Source: Candidatus Bathyarchaeota archaeon
GTDB lineage: Archaea; Thermoproteota; Bathyarchaeia; TCS64
Direction: 5' to 3'
Assembly: GCA_963769425.1 (NCBI GenBank)
Contig: CAVYLP010000001.1
Span: 320,001 to 384,000 of the forward strand
DNA length: 64,000 nt
Shown here: positions 51,025-61,567 of the stretch, piece after piece
Layout of the letters: each line of letters starts with the position of its first letter
Numbering within the stretch: position 1 is the first letter of the stretch
Program-made: the position numbers and the translations under genes
Notes under the pieces: model-generated
Told to the model about the DNA's origin: nothing
The model's input: the letters and a program-made list of their open reading frames with translations, nothing else
Database searches by the model: none

Positions 51025-52683
51025 TCACCGGCTTCCTTCCGCCTCGTAAACGATTTCGCCGTTTAGCATCGTCATCTCGGCCCTCATATCTTTGAGTTTC
51101 TCAGTTGGCGCCGAGTATAGGTCGGTGTCCCAGACAACTAGGTCGGCGTACTTTCCGGGCTCAAGTGAGCCGATCCTGTCCTCCATGAAGAGGTGCTTAG
51201 CATTCCATATAGTGTACGTCCTCAGGGCCTCCTGAACCGTGAGCCTCTCCTTGGGGCAGAGTACATTCCCCCCGAAGGTCTCGCGTGTCACGGCCGCCCA
51301 GAGGCCAACGTTGGCGCTTATGGGACCCGACGGGTAGTCGTGGCTGTTGCCTACAGGAATCCCCTTCGAGATGAAGGTCTTCAGGGGTTTGACGCAGGCG
51401 CCTCTTTCGCCGAGGAAGCGGATGTAGGTGTCGCCCTCGAAGTGGATGAAGGTCGACTGGACGTTGGCCATGACGCCGAGTCTCTTGACACGGTCGATGG
51501 CTTCGGGTGTCGGGTAGTAGATGTGTATGATCTGGTGGCGGGGATCGGGTCGTGGGTTGAGCTTCATGGCGTTCTCTATACCGTCGAGGACCCAGTCGAT
51601 GGCCTTGTCACCGATCGTGTGTGTACACGTCTGGAATCCGGCGTCGTGGAAGAGGCGGATCGCCTCCATGAGGTCCTCCTTCTTCCACTTGGTGCGGCCG
51701 AAATTCTCGGGCTCCCCAACATAGGGTTCGTAGAAGTAGCCGGTCTTTGGCACGACGCCGCCGTCGAGGCTGAGTTTGACTCCCCCGACCCTGAACATGT
51801 CGTCCCCATAAGTTGAGATGTGCTGAATGGTCTCCTTAGCCTGGTCCACAGTTCTCACGAAGCCGTAGAGGGCATATACCCTTGCGGTGAGCTCACCCCT
51901 CATCCGAGTGTTCTCGTAAGCTACGAGGTCATCCGGCTCCGCTGCCCCAACCACCGCGTCGACGACTGTCGTCATGCCCTCAGCGTTATAGTCGTGGCAG
52001 GCTTTGACGATGGCCTCCTCCTTCCTCTTTGTTGTGATCTTCGGCATCATCTCCTCGAAGGGGTTTGCCGAGGGAAGGATTGTCAAGAAGACTCCAGTAG
52101 GCTCACCGTTCTCATCCTTGTACACCTTTCCGTACTCCGGGTCCGGAGTGTCTCTGTTGACTCCTGCTATCTTGAGTGCTAGACTGTTGGCGGCGACCTT
52201 CTGGTAGACTCTGCCGAGGTAAACCGGGTTATCGGGAGCCGCCTCGTCTAGATCCCATCGGTTGGGGTACCTCTTCTCCTTGAGGAGGTTCTCGTCCCAG
52301 CCCCACCCGAAGACCCATTCACCCTTAGGTGTCTCCTTGGCCTTCTGCGAGACTGCTTCGATTATATCTTGAATTGATTTGACCTTAGGGTACCATAGGT
52401 CGATTCCAAATAGAGCATTGAGACCGTATCGAAGGAAGTGCTCGTGTGAGGTAATTAGCCCAGGAGTTACACATCTGCCGTCTAGAATGATCAAATTTGT
52501 TTGTTTGCCGATATATTTTTTTACGTCCTCGTTTGTGCCAACGTAGGCAATTCTCCCATATTTTATTGCTAAGGCTTGGGCGATTGTGTCCTTCTCATCG
52601 ACCGTGATTATCTTCCCTTCTTGAAGGACTGTGTCAGCTCCAATTGTTTCTGCGATCTTTGGCAGATCCATAACCCAACTCAA
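51025..52683 (-). CDS. Amidohydrolase_3 (YtcJ-like)
   Basis: PGLITSHEH, GWGWDE, KLSLDG, HTIGD, GSLEPGKYADL. Confidence 0.9.
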   Translation of the reverse strand: MSWVMDLPKIAETIGADTVLQEGKIITVDEKDTIAQALAIKYGRIAYVGTNEDVKKYIGKQTNLIILDGRCVTPGLITSHEHFLRYGLNALFGIDLWYPKVKSIQDIIEAVSQKAKETPKGEWVFGWGWDENLLKEKRYPNRWDLDEAAPDNPVYLGRVYQKVAANSLALKIAGVNRDTPDPEYGKVYKDENGEPTGVFLTILPSANPFEEMMPKITTKRKEEAIVKACHDYNAEGMTTVVDAVVGAAEPDDLVAYENTRMRGELTARVYALYGFVRTVDQAKETIQHISTYGDDMFRVGGVKLSLDGGVVPKTGYFYEPYVGEPENFGRTKWKKEDLMEAIRLFHDAGFQTCTHTIGDKAIDWVLDGIENAMKLNPRPDPRHQIIHIYYPTPEAIDRVKRLGVMANVQSTFIHFEGDTYIRFLGERGACVKPLKTFISKGIPVGNSHDYPSGPISANVGLWAAVTRETFGGNVLCPKERLTVQEALRTYTIWNAKHLFMEDRIGSLEPGKYADLVVWDTDLYSAPTEKLKDMRAEMTMLNGEIVYEAEGSR

Positions 52684-52786
52684 TTTAATCGACTAATCGG
52701 TGCCTTATCCACCGATAATACTTTTGACGTTAATAACGAATATTCATTCATCTTGAGATAAATTGGTTACCAGCAAGTAGGTGAAT

Positions 52787-54226
52787 CTAGGCTTTTCCCT
52801 TGAGCTTCTCGGCACTCGCCCTGGCGAGCTCTAGTGGGGGTCTCCGCTCCGTGTCCGGCCTGTAGACGTTGGCGCCGAGGCGCTTCCTTTGCTCCTCCTT
52901 GGCCTTGGCGAGGATCTCGGGATTGGTCATGAGGTCGAGGACGCTGCCCGCCATCGTCTTCGCGGCGAATATGAGGCTCTTGTGGCCGATAGTTGAGCCG
53001 GCGGCGGCGACGAACTGCCAGCTGTGACCGGGGGCGCCGAGTATGTTGCAGGCGGTGCCGAACTCCATGGTGGGCACGTTCCAGCTGACGTGGCTGACGT
53101 CTGTGCTGCCGGGGCTGACCTCGCCGTCGTCCCAGGCGTCGAGGATGTCGGTGGGGAGGTCGACGTCGGCGTACCTCTCCCAGTTCGGCATCTTCGACTT
53201 CTTGAGGGTTTCGATCTTGTTTTCCTTGGGGAAGGTCTTGGCTATCTCGGCGGCGAAGTGGAGCTCCTCCGGGGTGTAGGTGGGTGCGCCGACCTGCCTC
53301 ATGTTGGCGACGACGAGTTCGCTCAGTGCCCTGCTTGGGATCTTGTTGTAGCTTCCGCGGTCCATCTCTATCTTGAGGGTGGTCTCGGTCATGAGGGCGG
53401 CGCCTTCGGCGATCTTCTCGACGCGTTTGTAGATGGATTCTAGCTGGTCCATTTCGGGGGCTCGTACGTAGTACCAGCTGCGGGCGTAGTCTGGGACGAC
53501 GTTTGGCTGGCCGCCCCCGGCTTCGATTACGTAGTGGATGCGGGCTTTTTCGATGATATGTTCGCGTAGGTAGTTGACGCCGACGTTCATGAGTTCAACA
53601 GCATCGAGGGCGCTGCGGCCCTGCTCGGGGTTAGCGGCGGCGTGTGCAGTCTTGCCGTAGTAGTTGAACTTGGCGTGTATGGTGGCGGTGCTGCTGGATA
53701 AGCTGGCAACATTTAGGGAGCCGGGGTGGTGGCTGAGGCAGGCGTCGACGCCGTCGAAGAGACCGGCGGCGACCATGAATATCTTTCCCTGAAAGTTCTC
53801 CTCGGCGGGGGTGCCGTAGAAGCGTATAGTGCCCTGCTGCTCACTCTTCTCTAGGGCGTAACGAACAGCAATTGCTGCGCTCATGGCTGTGGTTCCGTGG
53901 ATGTTGTGACCGCAGCCGTGACCCATGCCTCCTTCTATGAGGGCTTCTTGGTGGGGCACGACCTTGTTGCTGATGCCGGGGAGGGCATCGTATTCGCCCA
54001 TAACGCCGATTGTGGGCTTCCCCTGGCCCCATTCCGCGGTAATCGCGGTTGGCATGCCTGCTACTCCGAGTTTGACTTTGAATCCGTGTTTCTCAAGGGT
54101 GTCTGCGATTAATTTACTGCTCTTTTCCTCGAGTAGCCCATACTCAGCGAAACCCCAGATATCGTCGCTGATTTTAGCTAACTGGTTTTTGTTATTCTCG
54201 ATCCAGGTCCACGCAGTTTCCTTCAA
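52787..54226 (-). CDS. M20 amidohydrolase (AbgB-like)
   Basis: EYDALPG, HGCGHN, GTPAEE, GRSALDAVELMN, GSTDV. Confidence 0.9.
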   Translation of the reverse strand: MKETAWTWIENNKNQLAKISDDIWGFAEYGLLEEKSSKLIADTLEKHGFKVKLGVAGMPTAITAEWGQGKPTIGVMGEYDALPGISNKVVPHQEALIEGGMGHGCGHNIHGTTAMSAAIAVRYALEKSEQQGTIRFYGTPAEENFQGKIFMVAAGLFDGVDACLSHHPGSLNVASLSSSTATIHAKFNYYGKTAHAAANPEQGRSALDAVELMNVGVNYLREHIIEKARIHYVIEAGGGQPNVVPDYARSWYYVRAPEMDQLESIYKRVEKIAEGAALMTETTLKIEMDRGSYNKIPSRALSELVVANMRQVGAPTYTPEELHFAAEIAKTFPKENKIETLKKSKMPNWERYADVDLPTDILDAWDDGEVSPGSTDVSHVSWNVPTMEFGTACNILGAPGHSWQFVAAAGSTIGHKSLIFAAKTMAGSVLDLMTNPEILAKAKEEQRKRLGANVYRPDTERRPPLELARASAEKLKGKA

Positions 54227-54324
54227 GATAATAAACCATCAAGAATTTTTACTTTAAGGGTAAAAAGCTATGCACGCACACCCATTGAAGAGTTCCCCTA
54301 TTGTAAGGACCGGTTGCCTTCCCT

Positions 54325-55182
54325 TTATAGTGCTAAAAATATGCTGATGATTATGGGGATGTCAGTTCCGGCGTGGAACAGAACCGAGCCCATGATACTA
54401 TCCGTTCTCTGCGAGATATACCCCCAAGCGAGACCGAGGAAGAACGTGAGGATCACGAAGAAGTAGGGCTCAGGGGTGTAAGCAACGCTCAGGTGTATAG
54501 TACAGAAGACGATCGCCTGCAGGAGGTTAGCGAGTTTAGGTCCGAAGAGCGCCTCATACTTTTTTAGAAATAACCCACGGTACATCGACTCCTCCAGTAA
54601 TCCGTTTGAGAGTACGAATACCAAGATCCAAGGGGCCCACTCGATTACTTTGGAACTCATGTTCTGAGCTCCGAACAATAACGTGGCAACTGGGACTGAA
54701 GATATTGCAAAAAATGCGAAGGCAACTATACCTACAAGAAGTCCAATTCTGAATTTTCCCCACTTGACATATATTGAGCCCAGATCATCTCCAGATATCC
54801 TTGTCAATGCTATTATGGGTATGATAGTCAGTAGCGCTGCTAGCGCCTTTTCAAGGGCTATAGACTCCGTAGTTAGCTGGTATGATATGAACTGGAAAAC
54901 CAGCCATTGAAGTAGGAATGCTGCTCCCCCGATGAAGAAGGAGAATAGGACCGGCCAATATTTGTTGAATTGACTGCTTTTTCGCAGGGTTATTACGAGG
55001 ATGAGGGATACAATGGGGACCGCTATTTTGTAGATAGCGCGGATTACGACTGGGACTGGGATATTGTTCATTTGTAGCGGACCCAATGCAAATATGCCGT
55101 ATAATGTGAGGAACAACAATGATCCTAGATTATTTCTTGGGTTTTTCGATGACGTTTTCAATATTACTTGTTCTCCCTTCAA
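54325..55182 (-). CDS. CPBP (CAAX) intramembrane metalloprotease
   Basis: EESMYRG, FCTIH, LFHAGTD. Confidence 0.88.
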   Translation of the reverse strand: MKGEQVILKTSSKNPRNNLGSLLFLTLYGIFALGPLQMNNIPVPVVIRAIYKIAVPIVSLILVITLRKSSQFNKYWPVLFSFFIGGAAFLLQWLVFQFISYQLTTESIALEKALAALLTIIPIIALTRISGDDLGSIYVKWGKFRIGLLVGIVAFAFFAISSVPVATLLFGAQNMSSKVIEWAPWILVFVLSNGLLEESMYRGLFLKKYEALFGPKLANLLQAIVFCTIHLSVAYTPEPYFFVILTFFLGLAWGYISQRTDSIMGSVLFHAGTDIPIIISIFLAL

Positions 55183-55442
55183 CTCATTTTAATCGATTAG
55201 AATGTAAATCTACCTAGTTCGACAATGTACGCGCGCCACGGTAAAATGCCTCAGTGAAAATGTAGTGTAATGATTTTCTTGAGTGCGGCCTGGGTCAATA
55301 TTTTAGAGGCATTAAGCGCGCTTTGAATAAGTTCCAGCCAGACAATAAGTATTAGGATGTGATAATGGCACAAGCCTAGAAAAAATCGGATACGCGCCAC
55401 CAAAAATTTAAACAACTTACTAATTTAATTTAATCGGTTATA

Positions 55443-55700
55443 ATGGGAGAAGAGAAAAAGAGGCCGAAGAAGGCACTCAACAAAGCGAAAGAGATACTGG
55501 ATAATAAGGTAAATAGAAAGAGAATCGATTTTTTAGTAACTTATGAAGTTGAGGGATCCAGATCCAAGAAACAGAAGGTACACGCCTATTCGAAAGAAGA
55601 GGCGGAGGAGATATTGACCACGAAGCTAGATTCACAAGTATCAGCTGGGGAGATCAACGGTTTTAAAATCATCTCAGTAGAAATTGAAAATACACCGTAA
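55443..55700 (+). CDS. Hypothetical small protein
   Basis: 85-aa ORF. Confidence 0.5.
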   Translation: MGEEKKRPKKALNKAKEILDNKVNRKRIDFLVTYEVEGSRSKKQKVHAYSKEEAEEILTTKLDSQVSAGEINGFKIISVEIENTP

Positions 55701-55808
55701 TAACGTATTCATAAATTTTAATCCAAGAGGTGCGTTGCTAAGTAAAAACAATATTTGAAGGATAAGATATTAAAAGAAAATAATTCCCAAACTGGGGGGT
55801 TATATTCT

Positions 55809-56009
55809 TTATTTTCTCCGAGTTAAAGAAAGAACGGCAATGACTAAGAAAGCAATACCAGTGTAGAGTTCATTACCAGTCAAAAACCAGACCACCGCTG
55901 CTATTATTGCCGCGGGTAGGAAGAATAGAAGAGCCCCAGCCACCATGATGATAATAACCCCAATTAAAACGAGGACCCCTAAGGCAACGATTGTCTCAAT
56001 TCCACTCAT
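55809..56009 (-). CDS. Small membrane protein
   Basis: Hydrophobic 66-aa ORF in an operon. Confidence 0.7.
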   Translation of the reverse strand: MSGIETIVALGVLVLIGVIIIMVAGALLFFLPAAIIAAVVWFLTGNELYTGIAFLVIAVLSLTRRK

Positions 56010-56049
56010 TAGGTATCACTTTTCCAGTTTTATTCCCGCTAGATAGTAG

Positions 56050-56211
56050 TCATTTACCTGTGACTACGTCTCTTCCCTGAATGAGCCTGATGACTACCAC
56101 GATTACGGCGATAACTAATAATACATGAATTAAGCTACCACCGATTCCACCGATTAGCCCAAGCAGCCAGAGAACAACGAGGACTACGGCGACCGTCCAG
56201 AAAAGGTCCAT
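56050..56211 (-). CDS. lmo0937-family (DUF5670) membrane protein (53 aa), not in the ORF track
   Basis: MDLFWTVAVVLVVLWLLGLIGGIGGSLIHVLLVIAVIVVVIRLIQGR. Confidence 0.85.
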   Translation of the reverse strand: MDLFWTVAVVLVVLWLLGLIGGIGGSLIHVLLVIAVIVVVIRLIQGRDVVTGK

Positions 56212-56216
56212 TTAAA

Positions 56217-56489
56217 TCAGCCCCTGTGAGCGTGCTCGATTTTGTCTTTCTCTTTCTCGAGCCCCTTCTTGATCTTATCCGCGCCCTTTCTAACTCCCTT
56301 AACTACGGCCTCTCCAGCATCCTCCGCCTTTTGCTCTACGCTCTTATTATCGTTGATTCCCTTTTTTACGCCTTTACCAAACGCTTTGGCGGTGTTGCCT
56401 GCCTTTTCAGCGCTCTTCCCCACGGCTTCTCCGATTGCCTTCGCATTTTCCTCTATTGTCTTTTTCTTGTTCGTTGACATTTTCATCAA
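56217..56489 (-). CDS. LEA/hydrophilin-like repeat protein
   Basis: Amphipathic repeats EENAKAIGEAVGK and EQKAEDAGEAVVKG. Confidence 0.7.
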   Translation of the reverse strand: MMKMSTNKKKTIEENAKAIGEAVGKSAEKAGNTAKAFGKGVKKGINDNKSVEQKAEDAGEAVVKGVRKGADKIKKGLEKEKDKIEHAHRG

Positions 56490-56519
56490 ACCTCAATTAT
56501 TTCCATAATATCGTTTTTT

Positions 56520-56910
56520 TTAAATATTCTTGATTTTATCTTTCTCTATCTGGATTTCACCCTTAATGTCGTCGACGCCATCGATCACTACCTTAACTAA
56601 GGCTTCACCTGCTTCCTCAGCCTTTTGCTCTAAAGGCTTAGCATCATCGATTCCCTTCTTTATCCCGTCCCCAAACGCCCCAGCGGCCTTACCCACCTTT
56701 TCGGCGCCTCCATCACGCCCTTAATTACGGCCTCTCTGACGTCCCCAACTTTTTCCTCTAAGGGCCTATTCTCATCCATTCCCTTCTGGATTCCTTCTCC
56801 AAATGCCTTCACTGCCTTGCACGCCATTTTTGCGTTCTTTCCAACGACTATACCAATTTCCTGCGCTGTCTCCTCGATGGTTTTGTTGTCTGCATGTTGT
56901 AACTTGTCAT
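56520..56910 (-). pseudogene. Frameshifted paralog of the LEA-like protein (three repeats)
   Basis: NKTIEETAQEIG..KAFGEGIQKG, then GAFGDGIKKG..LEQKAEEAGEALVK in another frame. Confidence 0.7.
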
Positions 56911-56939
56911 TTTTATTATCAATCCTTCGAACTTACTCA

Positions 56940-57030
56940 CACTATAGTGGTACTACGTAGTATATATACTGATGTATACCACGATAGGTATATATGGTGG
57001 TATTAAGTGGTATATTGTGTAGCTGTGGTA
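56940..57030. promoter_or_regulatory. Divergent promoter region with five GTGGTA/TACCAC boxes and overlapping palindromes
   Basis: GTGGTA at 56947, 56997, 57007 and 57025; TACCAC at 56977; palindromes CACTATAGTG, TACTACGTAGTA and AGTATATATACT. Confidence 0.6.
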
Positions 57031-57185
57031 TGAGAAAAATTACATTGAGCCTGCCTGACGAATTGGAAAATGAGCTTAGGTTAAGGACTGAGGTCGATTA
57101 TGCTGGAATCAAGGGTGGACTATCCATCATTGTGATTCAGGCTCTCCGTGAGTGGTTTAGGAATCATCCTCGGGAGCAGAGTTAA
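57030..57185 (+). CDS. Ribbon-helix-helix (CopG-like) regulator
   Basis: MRKITLSLPDELENELR...LSIIVIQALREWF. Confidence 0.8.
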   Translation: MRKITLSLPDELENELRLRTEVDYAGIKGGLSIIVIQALREWFRNHPREQS

Positions 57186-57293
57186 GACTTTTTTTCCGCA
57201 CGCGGATTGTGAATTTTATGGCATTCAATAACAATTACTCGATAATGACAATAATACACAATATATCCGGTAATCACTCGGGAGGATTTTAAG

Positions 57294-57686
57294 TTGTATC
57301 GGATGATTTCCCACTCCTGCATCAATCACATTATTGTTCCGATTTTTGATCGGCTAGGAAGTGAGGAAAATGTTGATTCCGAGCATGAAATTTGCTTAAT
57401 GATAAGACGCAATGAACATCTGAGAGACCATTTTAATGACCCTAGATTGAGAAAGAAGTTCGATGAGATACTTGATTATCGTGGGGTACGTTTTACCCTG
57501 TCAAAATTTGGATCTCGCCTCGAAATCTCAAATGAAAAGATAATGGATTCCGTTCCTTGGTGGATGGATCGGTTAAAGGAATCAAAGCCGAGTCTGTATA
57601 ATGCAATCGATCTCGAACCAGCTGGCAGAATCTGGTTTGGTGCTGTCTTAGTAGACATGGTTGCTCTGCTTCGTGAATATTTATGA
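57294..57686 (+). CDS. Hypothetical protein
   Basis: 130-aa ORF directly upstream of the UbiB gene. Start uncertain. Confidence 0.5.
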   Translation: MYRMISHSCINHIIVPIFDRLGSEENVDSEHEICLMIRRNEHLRDHFNDPRLRKKFDEILDYRGVRFTLSKFGSRLEISNEKIMDSVPWWMDRLKESKPSLYNAIDLEPAGRIWFGAVLVDMVALLREYL

Positions 57687-57696
57687 TGTGACTAGA

Positions 57697-59340
57697 ATGG
57701 TTAAAACGCATCTTTATAGTCGTCGTAGACGTGCTCAGGAAATCTCTGCTATACTAACGAAGTATGGTTTTGAGATAGTGTTATTAGACATTTTCCAGGG
57801 CAGAATAAAGGAAAGGTTTCATAGATACGATACCATCCCTGCACCGGAAATTATTCCTATAGTCATTCCAGACATTATTCCGAAACTGGTCCCGAAAGTC
57901 ATCAAGTCGAAGATTCTCAGACAGGATCCTAATCTTGCAAATCTCAACATCTATAGACGTTTCCGTCTAGCCATACAAGAGCTCGGTCCAGTATTCGTCA
58001 AATTTGGACAGATCATGAGCACCCGCCAGGAATCGTTGCCAGTCGAATTGATAAAAGAGTTGAAGATGCTTAATGATAAAGTAGAGCCGGTGCCATTTGA
58101 AGAGATTAAGGCAATAATTGAGGAGTATGCCCCAATCGAGAAGAGCTTTGCCTATTTGAATGAGATTCCCTTTGCGGCGGCGAGTCTCAGTCAAGAACAT
58201 GAAGCAAAATTGAAAGACGGCTCAGACGTCGTGCTAAAGGTACAACGTCCCGGAATACGAGAGAAAGTCGCTATAGATTTAAGCATACTCAAATTCATAG
58301 CCAAAAAGTTCGACTCATTATATGACTTAAATATCTACAATTTCCCCGGGATAGTTGAGGATTTTTCTAAACAGATTACCTCTGAACTCGACTTCACTAG
58401 AGACGGAAAAAATGCTGAACTTTTAGCAAAGAATATGGAGGGAATGAAGGGCATTCGAATTCCTAAAATCTATTGGGAGTTTTCCGGAAGTCGTCTACTA
58501 GTTATGGAGCACATGTATGGCGTTCGGATAGATGATGTTGTTGCCCTAAAAAGCATGGGGATTGATACTCGTGACGTCGCACGTAATGGTTTACACGCCT
58601 ATCTTAAGCAGATATTTCAGGACGGTTTCTTCCATGGGGACCCGCATCCGGGTAATCTTCTGGTTACCCAGAATGGTGATATTGTATTCCTAGATTTTGG
58701 TTTGATAGGGGTACTTCGCCCTGAGAAAAGGGATTTATTACTAAGAATGCTAACCGGGGTTCTCAATGCCGATGTTGACGAGTTAGTTCGTGTGTTTAAT
58801 GAATTGGGCATGAAGATTAATGACGCATTGGTCGAGTCTTTTAAGGATGAACTCTATGTTAATCTCCTTGAGGGTCAAAATGTCAAAATTATTGATCCTA
58901 AGAAACCAGATACTGAAGCCTTCTTAGCGATTACCAATACACTGCGAAAGTATCGTCTTCGAATTCCGATGGTCGCTATGCTGATGATTAAAGTAATTAT
59001 GATGGTCGGTGACTATAGTTTGGATATCTGGCCCGAGTTTAATTTCCTAGTTGAGGTTAGACCTTATTTAACGGAAATTGTAAAGGACAGGATTATTGGC
59101 CAAGTGGAAAAGACTGTTTATAATCTCCCCGACACAGCACAGGAAGTTGCTCAGATGCCACGTAGCGTTAACGAAGCAAGCAGGGTTCTAACAAACGGAA
59201 ATCTTATTGTTAGATTAACAGACGATGACGTTGATCGTCTTGGAGATCGTATTGGGACCGCTGTGAAGAGTGGAGCTAACAGGATTTTATTTGGTATCAT
59301 TATTCTCTCCGGTGTAATCTTGTATCTGTTCTTCAGGTAA
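57697..59340 (+). CDS. AarF/UbiB (ABC1) family kinase
   Basis: LGPVFVKFGQ, AAASLSQ, LKVQRP, ELDF, HGDPHPGN, DFG; C-terminal TM. Confidence 0.92.
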   Translation: MVKTHLYSRRRRAQEISAILTKYGFEIVLLDIFQGRIKERFHRYDTIPAPEIIPIVIPDIIPKLVPKVIKSKILRQDPNLANLNIYRRFRLAIQELGPVFVKFGQIMSTRQESLPVELIKELKMLNDKVEPVPFEEIKAIIEEYAPIEKSFAYLNEIPFAAASLSQEHEAKLKDGSDVVLKVQRPGIREKVAIDLSILKFIAKKFDSLYDLNIYNFPGIVEDFSKQITSELDFTRDGKNAELLAKNMEGMKGIRIPKIYWEFSGSRLLVMEHMYGVRIDDVVALKSMGIDTRDVARNGLHAYLKQIFQDGFFHGDPHPGNLLVTQNGDIVFLDFGLIGVLRPEKRDLLLRMLTGVLNADVDELVRVFNELGMKINDALVESFKDELYVNLLEGQNVKIIDPKKPDTEAFLAITNTLRKYRLRIPMVAMLMIKVIMMVGDYSLDIWPEFNFLVEVRPYLTEIVKDRIIGQVEKTVYNLPDTAQEVAQMPRSVNEASRVLTNGNLIVRLTDDDVDRLGDRIGTAVKSGANRILFGIIILSGVILYLFFR

Positions 59341-59527
59341 TTTTAATAGTTAAAAGGAAATTGAGCTATCTGAATGAGCGCCCTTTCGCGGCTGCCAGCC
59401 TCAGTTAGGCACGCTAAGCAAATCTGAAATATAGAAGATTCATCGTATTGAAGGTACAACGCCCGGGAATTTGGGAGTAAGCGCGCGCCATTTTTGGTTT
59501 ATTAACAGCGCCACTTATCTTACAATC

Positions 59528-59698
59528 ATGAGTAAAGACGAAGTAAAGGGTAGAGGTAAGAAGATAAAGGGACAGATCCGTGAAGAAATCGGAAAAATAA
59601 CCGATAACAAAACGGAGCAGGTCAAGGGCAAGATTGAGCAGGTCGAAGGGAAGGTTCAGGAGGAAGTCGGGAAAATAAAGAGGAAGGCTAAAGATTAG
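59528..59698 (+). CDS. csbD: CsbD family stress protein
   Basis: DEVKG..KKIKGQIREEIGKITD....KGKIEQVEGKVQEEVGK. Confidence 0.88.
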   Translation: MSKDEVKGRGKKIKGQIREEIGKITDNKTEQVKGKIEQVEGKVQEEVGKIKRKAKD

Positions 59699-59936
59699 AG
59701 GCCTTCAAACACCCCTTTTAAATATATCTCATTTTTTTACCGATAGGAGGAACTGAGATGCATAAAATTTGGTAAAAACTAACATATTTCGCTGCATATA
59801 TTCAATCAATGGGCGAAGCATGTTGGACTGCTATATTGAAGCTGCCAAAAAAGATGCAGAGAATACTCGCCTATAAGCACACATTCTAGAACATGTATTC
59901 CTCGCCACGAACAATAGATCACTGGAGAATAATACA

Positions 59937-60869
59937 TTAAACTGCGTAGGGATCATGGCCCTGTAACATTCTCGCAACTGCCCTCGAAGAAAAGATTCTA
60001 AGCACAACGAAGGCGACCAAGAACACGATCAAGATTCCAGCTGCTAAGTAGGGAAAATTGCTCGCGAGTGTTGAAAATGAATTTGGATTAAGGTAGGCCC
60101 CAAGCCCAACACCGAACGCCATTAAAGATAACGAGAGAAGGAACGATAACTTCCACAGGATCGGCGGTGCCCGAGAAGCTCTTTTCGCCTCAATATGTCT
60201 CTTCACCTCACCTACACCCAAAACCAGGGACATACCCAGAACACCGATTATACATGGAGCCCAAAAGTTGATGCCAAGTTTTGGTTGGTAAAAATCGATG
60301 AAAGTCTTAAACCCAAACACACTTAGGATTGCCATAAACAGGAGAAGAGAGGCTGACCCAACAAGAATCCCAGTGTCCAAAATACCGCCTGAATAGAAGG
60401 GACCGTATATTCTTCTCCAGGGCCTGACAGTGTAATCCGCCATATCCTCAGCCGTTTTTCTTGTGAGCTCCACCGGGTCGTTTTGGTACATGTATACCCT
60501 GGTTTTGATATCGAATGCGATTTTCTTGCCGTCGTGATCGTATCTGGCCTTCTTCACCATCCTCGAGAAGGGGTAGAGCCACTCAACTCCGCGGTCCTTT
60601 GCGGTGTTGAGGCTATCAAGTAGAACATGGGAGAAAGCCCCCAGTGCTAGGTATGGATTAATCAGATAAATGATGCCAATGAAGGCGAAGTTGTGGCATA
60701 GCGCGCGGTGGAGTTGATGGTCTCGGAAGTAGTCTTTGCTGAAGAAACCATACTCCCTATCAATATCTGGGAGTACTGACCCGATGGCAGCTAACCAAAT
60801 TATGTCCCATCTCCCAAAGAAGAGGGCCCCGATTAGTGCACCAAACATGAAATGTGTGGGAAGATTCAT
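59937..60869 (-). CDS. YdjM-like membrane metal-dependent hydrolase
   Basis: MNLPTH, LPDID, HRALCHN, SHVLLD, GV.WLYPF. Confidence 0.8.
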   Translation of the reverse strand: MNLPTHFMFGALIGALFFGRWDIIWLAAIGSVLPDIDREYGFFSKDYFRDHQLHRALCHNFAFIGIIYLINPYLALGAFSHVLLDSLNTAKDRGVEWLYPFSRMVKKARYDHDGKKIAFDIKTRVYMYQNDPVELTRKTAEDMADYTVRPWRRIYGPFYSGGILDTGILVGSASLLLFMAILSVFGFKTFIDFYQPKLGINFWAPCIIGVLGMSLVLGVGEVKRHIEAKRASRAPPILWKLSFLLSLSLMAFGVGLGAYLNPNSFSTLASNFPYLAAGILIVFLVAFVVLRIFSSRAVARMLQGHDPYAV

Positions 60870-61038
60870 GAGTTCTTACCTACTTGCGATTTGTCAGAGT
60901 TGAATCACCCTAGCCACTCGAATAAACAATTATTTGGAATGATTCAATGTATTATTTATGCATTTATTGATGAGCGTCTATCGGAAATGAAATAATAAAT
61001 ATCGTGCACGATAGTGTTTGAATCTAGGGTAAGTCGCG

Positions 61039-61551
61039 TTGGTTGATGAAATAAACACAACTTCCTTTGTAAGTGCAATAGATAATGAAGTGGATGAGAT
61101 ATCACAGAGGATTCTAGAAGAGCTTGAAAATGCAACGTCCACAGATTTATCCGACGCATCATATGCAAAGACGATATTACAGTTATCTGATATTAATTTC
61201 ACGAAACGAGTGCTTAAACAAGTTGAGAGCGTAGCATCTGAAGATAAAAATGAGGTCGGAAAAAGAGCAATAATCAAGGTACTATTGCTCTCTACATGGT
61301 TGCAGAGACTCTACTTTATCATAAGATCCTCGATAATGGGACTGATAAGTGGGATAGTCACCGCTCTCATAATCTTGTTTTTTGGTACGATAAATGTCGT
61401 TGGCGGAATATTCATCGGTATTTTTGTATTCGTGTTTTCCCTCGTCATTACAAGATTATTTGATGCACAACTCATTAAAGCCACGAAAAAGATTGTTGAA
61501 ACTATGACCAATCACAAAACTGTCCGCGATTTTATCATGAACCACTTCTAG
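61039..61551 (+). CDS. Hypothetical membrane protein
   Basis: Acidic N-terminal helices followed by two TM helices. Confidence 0.65.
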   Translation: MVDEINTTSFVSAIDNEVDEISQRILEELENATSTDLSDASYAKTILQLSDINFTKRVLKQVESVASEDKNEVGKRAIIKVLLLSTWLQRLYFIIRSSIMGLISGIVTALIILFFGTINVVGGIFIGIFVFVFSLVITRLFDAQLIKATKKIVETMTNHKTVRDFIMNHF

Positions 61552-61567
61552 GTAACGAATGTTTTAT

